Virus record (IMG/VR): IMGVR_UViG_3300037790_000023
Span: 1 to 46,195 of that record
DNA length: 46,195 bases
Direction: 5' to 3' (one strand)
Source of the DNA: a virus
Lineage: Duplodnaviria; Caudoviricetes
The position numbers were made by a program, and so were the translations under genes. Shown here in pieces: positions 34,829-44,100 of this stretch; position 1 is the stretch's first letter; each line of letters starts with the position of its first letter. The notes under the pieces are model-generated. The model saw nothing but the letters and a program-made list of their open reading frames with translations. It was not told the origin of the DNA and searched no databases.

Positions 34829-36034
34829 CTAAAATCTTAAATTATAATTCCCTTTTGGTTTTCTTGCTTCCATCATTTCGATATATCGTGCTGCGTCAAT
34901 TGCGTGGTTGAATGCGTCAATTGGCCTTTGTAAAGACGCGCCTGTCTTATCAGTATCCCAAATATATTTCCTAAGCTCATTTATTAGATTAGTACTTCTA
35001 GCTGTTACCAAAAACCTTTGTTGCTGCATAAGCTGGATTCCATACCTTACACTATCTTCGCCCTTTTCTACAGGCTTTAAAGTAAACCCATAAAGGTTTA
35101 TCTCATCTATACTTTTCGGCTCTGATGATTCTGACCATCCGTAATCCTGTTTAGTGATTCCGTTTTGTTTCAGCAACCTTGCTATATCTCCATTTTTTAA
35201 ACCCTTCTGATATATTATCTCATCGTAAATGGTGATTCCATCCATTACATATTTAACTATGGCTGCTGTCGGGTCGTTAGTATATCCAAAATCTAAACCG
35301 TAACCCGTCATCTTTGGTATTAAATTACCGCGCAGGTCTTTTGGTAGTTCGGGAATGATAGCCCAATTATCAAATACAACACCTTGAAGGCTTCCGAGTT
35401 GACCTAAACCGTATACTTTCCACCAATTAGCCCAATATTCAGAAGTAGCCGCTTTATCTCTTGCCTTCTCAATCTCTGCTACTATCGTTGGTGATAGTGC
35501 TTCATTATCTTTGTACGTTAATGTCAACCATTCCGCGTCTGGGTCATCCTTCAATTCGGTATGTACCCAAAATTCATTTGAGGGGTTGAAATCTAACCAT
35601 ATCTCACCACTCGTTCTAATTGCTAATTGATGGTAAGTCTCAAAGTTGATGTTATTACACTCATTGATGTAAAGAATATTTCTTCGCGGGCCTCTAACCT
35701 TCCCCTCTTGATCTGCGCTGAAAAACTCTATAAATGACCCTGTGGAGAATGTGTAGGTTAATAATGTTCGGTTATAATGAGCGTCTATATACCTGCCCGT
35801 CTCCTTCATTATTTTCAGAAAGTCTTTTAAAGCTCCTTTTCGCAGGTGAGGTATTGTTTCTGATACTACCGATATTTCTAACCCTTCATTCTTTGCCGCT
35901 AAGTCTATTAGTATAGGAATTATGCCAAATGTCTTTCCAGCAGATGTACCCCCCGGTACTACCCGCTTTCTCTTTTTGAGCTTACGTAGCTTTTTTATAG
36001 CTGTGGTGTAAACGAAAGGCATAATTATATTCAA
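34829..36034 (-). CDS. terL: Terminase large subunit (PBSX-like)
   Basis: Walker A GGTSAGKT, Walker B LYINEC, DFNP, GLDFGY, NHAIDAARY. Confidence 0.93.
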   Translation of the reverse strand: MNIIMPFVYTTAIKKLRKLKKRKRVVPGGTSAGKTFGIIPILIDLAAKNEGLEISVVSETIPHLRKGALKDFLKIMKETGRYIDAHYNRTLLTYTFSTGSFIEFFSADQEGKVRGPRRNILYINECNNINFETYHQLAIRTSGEIWLDFNPSNEFWVHTELKDDPDAEWLTLTYKDNEALSPTIVAEIEKARDKAATSEYWANWWKVYGLGQLGSLQGVVFDNWAIIPELPKDLRGNLIPKMTGYGLDFGYTNDPTAAIVKYVMDGITIYDEIIYQKGLKNGDIARLLKQNGITKQDYGWSESSEPKSIDEINLYGFTLKPVEKGEDSVRYGIQLMQQQRFLVTARSTNLINELRKYIWDTDKTGASLQRPIDAFNHAIDAARYIEMMEARKPKGNYNLRF

Positions 36035-36052
36035 TATCTTTCCGCGGAAACA

Positions 36053-36475
36053 CTATTTTTCATCATCCCCAAATAAAGGTTGTTCTTTAATCGTATGGTC
36101 TTGAATAATCCTATCTCCATATTTTGTAGGATTCATTTTTGATAAAAACCATTTTCGGGCATCTACGCGAAGTTTTGAACGTTGTATAGCCTCGTGGTCT
36201 ACAACTTCTTTTACATCCTCCCCTACGTTTATTACCTTCTTGTCTGCACTGGTGTCATCTGCTATTGATAGTATATCTTCAAAAATAGCATCAGCCCTCC
36301 CCTCGCACGCGCGCGCGTACTGTTTCGCCCACTCTTCATTTTCATCAATCCACCTGTAAAAAGTTTCGGGTGCAAGCTCTACTTTCTTTAATGCATTTCT
36401 TAGGCTTTCCCCATTCGCTACTACTCCAAAAATGGCTAGTAGCTTACTCTCCCTTTCCTCTTGTGTGTACGGCAT
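36053..36475 (-). CDS. terS: Terminase small subunit
   Basis: GESLR..TFYRW..YARA..RSKLRVDARKW..P.KYGD. Confidence 0.88.
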   Translation of the reverse strand: MPYTQEERESKLLAIFGVVANGESLRNALKKVELAPETFYRWIDENEEWAKQYARACEGRADAIFEDILSIADDTSADKKVINVGEDVKEVVDHEAIQRSKLRVDARKWFLSKMNPTKYGDRIIQDHTIKEQPLFGDDEK

Positions 36476-36479
36476 TACC

Positions 36480-36758
36480 TTACCCTTTAAATCCTTTATC
36501 TCTTAACTCTATTGCGTTTTGTATTGATTCCCATATGTGTTGTTCAAACATTATTCTTTGACTGTCTCCATCGCTAAAAACTAGCACCATAGAATCATTA
36601 TCTCGTGTCCACACTCTTACTACATCCTGTAAACAGAAGAGGTAATCTTCGGTTTCGTTTATCTCGTCAGGAACTATTACCGTGTCCCCTTCTAATATTT
36701 TGTTTTGAGCGGCATTAATCTCAAATGCGTTTTGCTGAAATATAGCTATAGCTTTCAT
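36480..36758 (-). CDS. Hypothetical protein
   Basis: 92 aa, coupled. Confidence 0.65.
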   Translation of the reverse strand: MKAIAIFQQNAFEINAAQNKILEGDTVIVPDEINETEDYLFCLQDVVRVWTRDNDSMVLVFSDGDSQRIMFEQHIWESIQNAIELRDKGFKG

Positions 36759-37276
36759 GCCGTTTGCTTAATAGTAAAGTTTTTTCGCCTCCCTAATGGT
36801 AGATACCCTTTCGCTTCTTTCAGGCTGTTAAAATCCAATACAAATAAATTTTCTAAGTATCTCATTTTTGATAAGTAGTGGCTTTCTTTGAGTTCATGTA
36901 TCGATTGCGGTGTTTGTTCTGTATAGTGTTTTTTATAAATACTATACTCTTTTTTGCCGTGTTCTTTATACCATCCAGACCTAACCATGCTTTTAGATAC
37001 TTGGTTGGTACTTCTGTCAATATAAACGATTAACTCACCTTCTGCGAGGTTTGGGAATAAATGAAATAACGCAGGGCATTGAATAACAGATTTATTTTTA
37101 TCTATTGATAGAAATTTATCTAAATCACTTGCGTTAAACTCTGCTTCGTCAATATGTCTGTAACCTATTTCTTCTGCCAATGCTTTAGCGCAAAAGGTAG
37201 TTCCCGTCCTTTGACATCCCGTTACATAAATAGTTTTGTATTTACTTGCTTTATCCTTTAGTTTGCTCCATGTCAT
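36755..37276 (-). CDS. Sulfotransferase-like P-loop protein
   Basis: IYVTGCQRTGTT resembles the PAPS 5'-PSB loop; VYIDR..KS resembles the 3'-PB motif. Confidence 0.6.
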   Translation of the reverse strand: MTWSKLKDKASKYKTIYVTGCQRTGTTFCAKALAEEIGYRHIDEAEFNASDLDKFLSIDKNKSVIQCPALFHLFPNLAEGELIVYIDRSTNQVSKSMVRSGWYKEHGKKEYSIYKKHYTEQTPQSIHELKESHYLSKMRYLENLFVLDFNSLKEAKGYLPLGRRKNFTIKQTA

Positions 37277-37706
37277 AAGTACTGATTATTTCTTTTAGTT
37301 CGTCATACCATTGTAGAAACTGATTAAATGCCGCTGTACAATTACATGAGGGCATATGATAGGGGTGTCCGAATACCCTTGAATGGGTCTTAGCTAAAAA
37401 GGCTTGTTCATGTACCTCTACTTTATTTACAGGCCGTTTAAAGTCTTTTAGGATGTTATACTCCTGCTCTGTTAGGCATTTGGGTTTAGCGTATGGAAAT
37501 AGCTTGTTTAACTTTTCTTTTCGCTGGTCACATCCGCAATCTTCACCCATTACCCATTTAACCAGCTTCTTTATTCCTGTGGCCTCAGTAATGTTTTCTA
37601 TGGTGTCTCCTAATCCTTTAGGCTTTCTCCCGCGCCTCTTGGTACTTGCGCCATTGCTTTTGACACTTTTCTTTGATGGTGTTTCTGACATTTTTGATTG
37701 ATTCAT
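37251..37706 (-). CDS. Cys-containing phage protein
   Basis: GLGDTIE..ATGIKK..DCGCDQRKEKLN; start uncertain. Confidence 0.7.
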   Translation of the reverse strand: MNQSKMSETPSKKSVKSNGASTKRRGRKPKGLGDTIENITEATGIKKLVKWVMGEDCGCDQRKEKLNKLFPYAKPKCLTEQEYNILKDFKRPVNKVEVHEQAFLAKTHSRVFGHPYHMPSCNCTAAFNQFLQWYDELKEIISTYDMEQTKG

Positions 37707-38217
37707 AGATTGAGTAATATGGTATTCCTGTTTCTATTTCCATTTTCCTGTACGACATTTTATCGTCATTGTGGAAGATTTCAAATAGCTTTTTATTATA
37801 CCAATGTTCGTTCCTTAGTTCCTTATCCACACAATCGCAAAGGGTTTCATATTCCCTGTCTGCGTAATCGTATTGAGTATTGTTGTTCTGCCTGTGGAGA
37901 TTAACCTCCATATATCTATGCTTTCTAGCATCTCTAGGCTCTGTGTAAACTTCCGTTTGCTCTGTTTCCGTAAAAGTTTTTTTCTCCCTTCTGTAGTGGT
38001 CTATGTATAGATTCCTGAGGGTTACAAAAATGAACATGGTGTTAATATCCCCTTTATACTCTATTCGAGCTAAACCTTCTGGGCTTTTGTTTATCTCTAA
38101 TAGTTTGATAAACATTTCAGACACGAGGTCTTGAGCTAAATCTTCATCTGCCCCAATCTTTCGCGCCATGCGCACCCACTCAACACGCCTTGCGGCAATC
38201 TCTTCTATCGTTGGCAT
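37618..38217 (-). CDS. Phage ECF-like sigma-70 factor
   Basis: Region 2 AQDLVSEMFIKL..TLRNLYIDHYRR; region 4 MSYRKMEIETGIP..SI. Confidence 0.8.
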   Translation of the reverse strand: MPTIEEIAARRVEWVRMARKIGADEDLAQDLVSEMFIKLLEINKSPEGLARIEYKGDINTMFIFVTLRNLYIDHYRREKKTFTETEQTEVYTEPRDARKHRYMEVNLHRQNNNTQYDYADREYETLCDCVDKELRNEHWYNKKLFEIFHNDDKMSYRKMEIETGIPYYSIYESIKNVRNTIKEKCQKQWRKYQEAREKA

Positions 38218-39163
38218 ATAATAGATCGTGTCTTATTTCGTTTATCTTATCCATCCTGTAGTCCCAAACATCTTCTCTTAGGTTCTCAGCTAGTTCCTGA
38301 GCCTGTTCTTTATTTATGTTTTTAATAGCCTTTTCCCAACTCCAACCAGCAGGAACTGATACACAATTATCTGATTCGATTACCTGAGTATATGGGTGGG
38401 TGTGTGATACTATGGCCGCTGTGCCTGTAAATCCTGCCTCTAACATTTTAAGGTTAGATTTACACCTATTGAATTTAGATGCTCTAAGCGGTATTAGCGA
38501 AACATCAAAGTGAGAATATAGAGTGGCGTATTCATCTACATCTTTAGGCTCTAAAACATTGCCTACATTCAGTATTTCGGGATAGGTGTCTACCTTTACG
38601 CAGTAGCTATTTTCACTCCCTTTAAAGTCTAATTTTGTTGATAGTAAATCTTCTTTATGAGATATGCCGCCTACATAACCAAACCTTAAACTTTCGCTTT
38701 TTATCTTTTCGTGCTGCCATTGTTTGTCGTGGTGGTTTATAGCGTTCGGTACTATCTTTACATTTTTATTTTGGATGTGCTTTGCTAATTCCTTATGTGT
38801 TACCCATACTTCATCAGCGTATTGATTCGATAGCTGAATCCATAGTTTCATAAACCTATCGTATAGCTTTTTTGAAGGATGGTAATTTGGTAAATCCCAA
38901 TGGTCATCTTGGTCAATGATTACCTTTATTCCTTTGCTTTTTAGGAATTGGAATACATGAAGTATTTGCTTGGATGGTATGAATCGGGACGCTATAAAAT
39001 GAGTGACACCGCCAAACGTTTCTATGCTTATTTCGTTAAAGTCATAGATTATTTGAAGGTCTATATACCCCCCCTCTTGTAGATGTCTTAGAGGTGTTTC
39101 TATTCGGTGGTAAGTAACCCCTGATTTTTTACGCGCTAACGCAAGTACTTTAGGTTTATACAC
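38180..39163 (-). CDS. GT-B fold glycosyltransferase
   Basis: SGVTYHR, DQDD, VPNAI, GYVGG, FDVSLIPL..FNRCKSNLKMLEAG. Confidence 0.8.
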   Translation of the reverse strand: MYKPKVLALARKKSGVTYHRIETPLRHLQEGGYIDLQIIYDFNEISIETFGGVTHFIASRFIPSKQILHVFQFLKSKGIKVIIDQDDHWDLPNYHPSKKLYDRFMKLWIQLSNQYADEVWVTHKELAKHIQNKNVKIVPNAINHHDKQWQHEKIKSESLRFGYVGGISHKEDLLSTKLDFKGSENSYCVKVDTYPEILNVGNVLEPKDVDEYATLYSHFDVSLIPLRASKFNRCKSNLKMLEAGFTGTAAIVSHTHPYTQVIESDNCVSVPAGWSWEKAIKNINKEQAQELAENLREDVWDYRMDKINEIRHDLLYANDRRDCRKAC

Positions 39164-39186
39164 TATTATAAGTTGCTGTGTTTAAG

Positions 39187-39194
39187 CAAAGATA
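39187..39194 (-). promoter_or_regulatory. Bacteroidota -7 promoter element
   Basis: TATCTTTG on the minus strand; 15 bp context repeated at 40513-40527. Confidence 0.65.
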
Positions 39195-39230
39195 GTGTTT
39201 TGCAATTATTTCAGCAACTATTACAAACTA

Positions 39231-39256
39231 AAAAAACCCCGCTAAAAACGGGGCTT
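39231..39256 (-). terminator. Terminator
   Basis: ccccg-ctaaaaa-cgggg stem with A tract on the plus strand. Confidence 0.65.
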
Positions 39257-39307
39257 ACTGTTGTGTTGATGGGGGTTACTTATTTTTTAACATCTTATGC
39301 CTTTGCT

Positions 39308-39499
39308 TCATTTTACATCTCTTACATCAAGAGATAGTTTATCCCAATTGCGTTTGGGAATAGAAAGTAAATTACCGTCAATTGTTACCTCTATATTGCC
39401 ATTATGAATCCACATAAACACACATTTTTTCCATTCTTCATTATGGTATAAAAATATTGTTTGATTGCTTTCTTCTTTTAACAAGGCTGTATCTATCAT
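39308..39499 (-). CDS. Hypothetical protein
   Basis: 63 aa co-oriented ORF. Confidence 0.5.
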   Translation of the reverse strand: MIDTALLKEESNQTIFLYHNEEWKKCVFMWIHNGNIEVTIDGNLLSIPKRNWDKLSLDVRDVK

Positions 39500-39684
39500 G
39501 TTGTTACCAATTTATCCAAAGTGGAGTTCCTCCTAAGCTATCTAAATAACTTTTCCGTCCAAAATAATAATCCATCCAGTCATTTTTCATGTTATGCAAA
39601 TTTAATCATTCCTCATCCGCAGGCTCTTCGTCCCAATACCAAATCATTTCTGATATAGGGTCGTTGGGGTTGGGGTCTTTCATT

Positions 39685-39876
39685 TCAACTCGGTCTTTCT
39701 CCTCTGTCTTTAATGTGTCCATGCTCGAATGTAGATACGGTGTAATACTTGTCTCCCTCTGCATTGGTCATGGTTCGCTCTTCTTGTAGCACATCGTCAT
39801 CTAAAGAATTGAGTAGTGCTTTTAGTTGCGCCCATGTTTGTTTTGGGATTTCGTTTTCGGGTTGTTCGGGATTCAT
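39685..39876 (-). CDS. Hypothetical protein
   Basis: 63 aa ORF with A-rich leader. Confidence 0.55.
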   Translation of the reverse strand: MNPEQPENEIPKQTWAQLKALLNSLDDDVLQEERTMTNAEGDKYYTVSTFEHGHIKDRGERPS

Positions 39877-39887
39877 TGTTTTTGGTT

Positions 39888-40193
39888 TTAGAAAGGAAGT
39901 GAATCATCGTCCTCGTCATCACTCAAATTCGGAGCTTGCGGGGCTGATGTGTTAGAAGATTGAGGGGTGGAACCTTTACCGATAGGTTTAGAGTTACCCA
40001 GTATCGCACCTTTAACACCTTGCTTCCTTTCATTTTCTGACACGGATTGAACTATCATTCCATTGTTTCCGTATTCATCTAATTCGTCTTTGATAAAGAC
40101 TACCATGTCAAGGTACTGGCCTTTTTTCCCTTTGTAGATTCTGCTTTTGTCTATTTTGCTTACGTCTATTCGTAAAGATAGAATTGAACTCAT
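39888..40193 (-). CDS. Putative single-stranded DNA-binding protein
   Basis: IDVSKIDK..KGKKGQYL; acidic tail DDEDDDSLPF. Confidence 0.65.
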   Translation of the reverse strand: MSSILSLRIDVSKIDKSRIYKGKKGQYLDMVVFIKDELDEYGNNGMIVQSVSENERKQGVKGAILGNSKPIGKGSTPQSSNTSAPQAPNLSDDEDDDSLPF

Positions 40194-40381
40194 AGTTGAT
40201 TGTTTATTTCTTGTTTTACCTCTTGCCAATATTGAACCCTGTGTTCCATTGACTCACTTTTATGTTCTTCGATAATTTCATCAATCGCTATTAAAGCGCA
40301 TTTCACCCCCTCACTTCCTTGACGTGAGCCTATTAAGGAGAATTTATTGATTAGTTCTATAGCTTTTTGTTTTGGATTCAT
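40190..40381 (-). CDS. Hypothetical phage protein
   Basis: MNPKQKAIELINKF..CALIAIDEII..YWQEVKQEI. Confidence 0.7.
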   Translation of the reverse strand: MNPKQKAIELINKFSLIGSRQGSEGVKCALIAIDEIIEEHKSESMEHRVQYWQEVKQEINNQL

Positions 40382-40727
40382 CCAGCTTGCTTTAAGTCCA
40401 TGCGCTCCTCAATTTGAACTGCATGGATTTCTACTAATTGACTGCCGTTAGTTAGGATTACTCCTACTTTAGTTTCCTGATTCATAAGGTTTTGTTATTG
40501 TGTTGAACATTTCAAAGATAGTGTTTTAGCAATTAATACTGAAACACTTATGCGTTAATTTTAAACAATAATATTTATTTCATCCTTAATTTACAAGTAC
40601 TTCAAATGACGTATTTCCATTTGTAGGTTTTACCTTTAAGGCATTATTGCGGTGTGTTAACGATTATTGCGGAGTGAGTGGGGGAGGGTATATTTGATGT
40701 GTTCTTTATTAATGCGTTAAGCCTCAA

Positions 40728-41030
40728 TTAATAATCTAGCGCATGGTCAGTTAATCGTGTGGCGTGTTTTAAAAGTTCGCTTTTTGCCCTTTCCGCTTCT
40801 GCAATAGATTCATCACAGCACATTCCGCAACATGAAGCAAATGCACTTACATAGTCCTGCCAATATCTCCAAGGTGCTGAATATAGCTTACCTTCAATCT
40901 TAATATGCATTGGGATATTATCTTCAAGCAAAAAGCGAAGGTATCCAGCCATTTCATCAGGCATTCCCTTTTTTCTCATGTGGTTGACCAAATCATATAC
41001 AAGTGAGTGGTCGTAAGTTTCTATTTTCAT
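40728..41030 (-). CDS. Hypothetical protein in a decayed orphan cassette
   Basis: ORF (ATG 41030, or TTG 41057) flanked by attC-like arms. Confidence 0.65.
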   Translation of the reverse strand: MKIETYDHSLVYDLVNHMRKKGMPDEMAGYLRFLLEDNIPMHIKIEGKLYSAPWRYWQDYVSAFASCCGMCCDESIAEAERAKSELLKHATRLTDHALDY

Positions 41031-41174
41031 AATCCGATTATTAAAAGTGGCTAACAAAAGATAAAAAGAATGCGCCTTGATAGATACCCCTACCGTCTAT
41101 CCTCCGAGTTTTTTTCGCTGGTTCTCTCCGCTTGGTAAGGTTTGTGGAGTGGCACACTCATTTTATCAGGATCA

Positions 41175-41843
41175 TCACCCCCTAAACACCCCAAACTCAT
41201 CAGGGTATATCCCTAATTCTGAATTGATGTAGTTCCTTAGTTCTATTCGGGTCTGTGGGTTGTTTACTATTAAATCCGATTTTAAAGTGTTTCTTAGTTC
41301 AGAGGCTTTGTTTTTTATCTCGATTAATTCGGTCTTATTTAGCTTTAATGGTGGGCAGGCTTGCAGTCCATTCATAAAGTCCGCGTACTCCTGACCGTAG
41401 ATGTTTATTAAGCCTTCGCGGTATTTTAAATTATCACCTCCTTTCGGGCCATTTGAGTGGTAACTCTGAATATGGATGTTGTGAGTGTTTAGACAAATGG
41501 TTCTATTGGCTCCAACGGCTATATAATGGCCGCCTGACATTTTACCGTAAGTACCTGTAGCTATACACGGTTGCTCGTGGTCTATTAGTCTTACTATCTC
41601 ATTTATGATAGGTTGAACATACTTCGCTCTGTACTCATCAACCGACATTAAATCCAGCTTACGTTTCTTCAACTCCCTACGCTCTGCTAATGCCTCTTTT
41701 CTTCTTTTCTTTTCGTCTTTTTCCTTAGCATATTCTATCGCGCATTGTATAGAGCAGGTTTGTTGTAGTGGCCTGAATGGTTTAAACTCACTTTTGCAGA
41801 CTTTACATTTTGGGAGTTTGATTTTTTTAGGGCTTTTTACCAC
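41175..41843 (-). CDS. NinG/Rap-like recombination endonuclease
   Basis: CKVC..F.P..Q.TCSIQCA; RLID..PCIA; GGHY; NIHIQ..SN. Confidence 0.8.
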   Translation of the reverse strand: MVKSPKKIKLPKCKVCKSEFKPFRPLQQTCSIQCAIEYAKEKDEKKRRKEALAERRELKKRKLDLMSVDEYRAKYVQPIINEIVRLIDHEQPCIATGTYGKMSGGHYIAVGANRTICLNTHNIHIQSYHSNGPKGGDNLKYREGLINIYGQEYADFMNGLQACPPLKLNKTELIEIKNKASELRNTLKSDLIVNNPQTRIELRNYINSELGIYPDEFGVFRG

Positions 41844-41908
41844 TCCGATTCGCTTTTAGTAATTATTCCTTAAAGATAGTTATTTTTAGTTAATTATTGC
41901 TGATTTTA

Positions 41909-42271
41909 CTAAGTAATTGTTACCACCGTATGGTTTTTCATTACTACTTTAAAATCTTTATTTGGGTACGTGCCATTTCCTCCTAATTTTGACACTAAAC
42001 ACCTCACCTCTTCTGATAGGATTTGTGATTCAATCATTGAGATGTCTAAACCTCCTTTTCGTTCTAAGTACCTAATAATAGCGTGTTCTGAAACCTTTAG
42101 GTTCTCATTCTTGTCTATCGCCTCAATTTCATCTTTCACCTTTTTTATCTGCGATAGTTTACCTGAATAGTTTCTTTGCGCATCTGCTACCTGCTTTTTA
42201 ATTATCACCGCCTCTTCTTCAAGGGTTGATAAATAGCTTCTTAACTTCTTAATGTTTCTGATTTCTTTCAT
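41909..42271 (-). CDS. Hypothetical protein
   Basis: Coiled coil plus VSEHAIIRYLER...VVTI. Confidence 0.7.
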   Translation of the reverse strand: MKEIRNIKKLRSYLSTLEEEAVIIKKQVADAQRNYSGKLSQIKKVKDEIEAIDKNENLKVSEHAIIRYLERKGGLDISMIESQILSEEVRCLVSKLGGNGTYPNKDFKVVMKNHTVVTIT

Positions 42272-42555
42272 TTTGATTTGCTTATTTTTGATACTAACTG
42301 TAAATAATTTTGCCTAAAAATTCCCTCCTGAAATATCCAAGCCCTACCTTTTTCTAAGTGATATAAACTTGAACGATTATCCATTAAGAAAGTACTGCTA
42401 ATTGCCATTAACTTTAGCTTGCAATATTTTTCAACCATAATAACAGCCATTGTTTTAGCGTCTTTGGCGTTTCTCTTTGGGTAGGGCTGGCGTAGAAGTT
42501 TTGGCTTTACACCATAATGTCGCGCTACCATCACTATCAATCTAAGTGCTTTCAT
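42268..42555 (-). CDS. Degenerate DnaA-domain-IV-like HTH protein
   Basis: VARHYGV..L..AK.MA..L..IS..F..D.SS.YH pattern. Confidence 0.5.
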   Translation of the reverse strand: MKALRLIVMVARHYGVKPKLLRQPYPKRNAKDAKTMAVIMVEKYCKLKLMAISSTFLMDNRSSLYHLEKGRAWIFQEGIFRQNYLQLVSKISKSK

Positions 42556-43312
42556 TGGTAAATGTTATTTCTACTGCTATTCTCCTACATACTCTTTTCC
42601 ACTTCATTGTGCCTTTCTCAATCGGTTTGTCCATTTCCAATTGCTTTAGTAGCTCATCAATGCTTCTTACCTCCCACTTTTCGGTAATGCTCAAAGCGGC
42701 TTTAGATATATTCTCTCGCATCTCTTCCAGTCGCTTATGCGCCTTAAACCTCACCTCTTCAATGAAAAACTCATCGGTTTCGTCAATAAAACCCAAATCC
42801 CTACCCACACGGTACAGGTAAACTTCGCCCAGCATCTCACCTGTTTTTAGGAACTTGGATTTAGCCTCATTCCACATTATCAGCTTTTCATCTTTCGTTA
42901 CTTCGGGAGTAGGTTCAGGAAGTGCTTGATTTTCTTTTTTCGATTCCCGAACTATGTTTTTTCGTTTTTCGCTCATTAGATAGCTTTTTAAGAACCCTGT
43001 GAGGGTTAGGGGTGTAATTCCGTAGAAAGTGCCGTATTCGCCAAAAAAACCGTCTTTAAACGCCTGTTTGACTTCAGGGAGGGTTAACATTCCGAACTTC
43101 TCTAAAATTTCAGGCACAACCATTTCAACCGTCACCTGAATTTCTTCGTTAAAGTTTTCAGGTAGTTTGGTTTGTGTGATTTTGTAGCCTCTCAACACCT
43201 CGTCAAACAGGTCTGCTTTTAGCGTTTCGGGTATTTCAAACCTCACTTTTATTCCCTCCTGACTTGTGCCAGCTAAGGCTATTTGATGATTTTGTTTTAC
43301 AATGTTGCTCAT
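42542..43312 (-). CDS. Replication-associated protein (loader position)
   Basis: Coupled downstream of the initiator; LTLPEVKQAF..G. Confidence 0.5.
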   Translation of the reverse strand: MSNIVKQNHQIALAGTSQEGIKVRFEIPETLKADLFDEVLRGYKITQTKLPENFNEEIQVTVEMVVPEILEKFGMLTLPEVKQAFKDGFFGEYGTFYGITPLTLTGFLKSYLMSEKRKNIVRESKKENQALPEPTPEVTKDEKLIMWNEAKSKFLKTGEMLGEVYLYRVGRDLGFIDETDEFFIEEVRFKAHKRLEEMRENISKAALSITEKWEVRSIDELLKQLEMDKPIEKGTMKWKRVCRRIAVEITFTNEST

Positions 43313-44010
43313 GTCCTGTAGGGGTTTACGGTTTTTACAATTTGTGCGCTCATGCCCTCACTTTCTTTTTTTGCGGAACTTTTTTCTTTTTGCAGAAAGT
43401 TCAAAGTGTTTAGAAGTGTTGTTTTCCAATTTTTGATTTTAGCGTTCTTGCCTGTTTTCCATCCGTTTTCCTTCCACGCTAAATACTTGGCTTTGATTTT
43501 CGATTCATCAACCTCGATGTTTATGTCCTGCGCTTTTTCAATAGCGTAGTCTAAAAATTCTTCAAAAGTTGGGGGAGGTGCTATATGGTTCTTTGTTCTT
43601 TGTTTATTGTTTATTGTTTCTTGTTTATTTATACTATCAATGCTTTGTACCGTGCTTTCACTTTGCTTTGTCGTGTGCTTTATCAATGCTTTGTCAAGTG
43701 CTTTGTCATGTGCTTTATTAAAATTTGATAGGGCAATTATGTTGCTGGAGTACTGATTTTTCGATTTTTCAATAAGCTTAAAGAAGCCAAATGCAACTAT
43801 ATCTTTAAAGGTATTTGCATAAGTGTTGTAAGACTTTATACCTATTGCCTCCATTGCCATAGACGAGGGAAGTCCAAACTTATCTTTCCACCCTAACCTA
43901 TTACAATGCTCGATAGCAAAAAAGTATAGTGCTGTATGGACTGGCTTCACCTTTTCGGGATTTACAAAGCACCAGTCAAACCACTCTCTGCTTAAGTCGT
44001 AGCTATTCAT
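43309..44010 (-). CDS. Phage replication initiator
   Basis: N-terminal wHTH, internal iterons, C-terminal PPTFEE..NGWK..IKNWK. Confidence 0.75.
   Translation of the reverse strand: MNSYDLSREWFDWCFVNPEKVKPVHTALYFFAIEHCNRLGWKDKFGLPSSMAMEAIGIKSYNTYANTFKDIVAFGFFKLIEKSKNQYSSNIIALSNFNKAHDKALDKALIKHTTKQSESTVQSIDSINKQETINNKQRTKNHIAPPPTFEEFLDYAIEKAQDINIEVDESKIKAKYLAWKENGWKTGKNAKIKNWKTTLLNTLNFLQKEKSSAKKESEGMSAQIVKTVNPYRT
43598..43717. repeat. Origin iterons plus AT-rich tract
   Basis: Seven TGCTTT at 43641, 43653, 43664, 43676, 43687, 43699 and 43711; ttgttt repeats adjacent. Confidence 0.75.
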
Positions 44011-44100
44011 CTTAAAATTTTTTAAAAAACATGGGTGACATTTTAAAACCCCTGTATAAAGAGGTGTTAATAACCATGTTAATAACTATATGAAACACAC

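Noticed and set aside
12245-43549. Numerous plus-strand ORFs overlapping long minus-strand genes (e.g. 14489, 26308, 26871, 33925)
   Set aside because: Antisense shadows of well-supported genes, with no motifs or plausible starts
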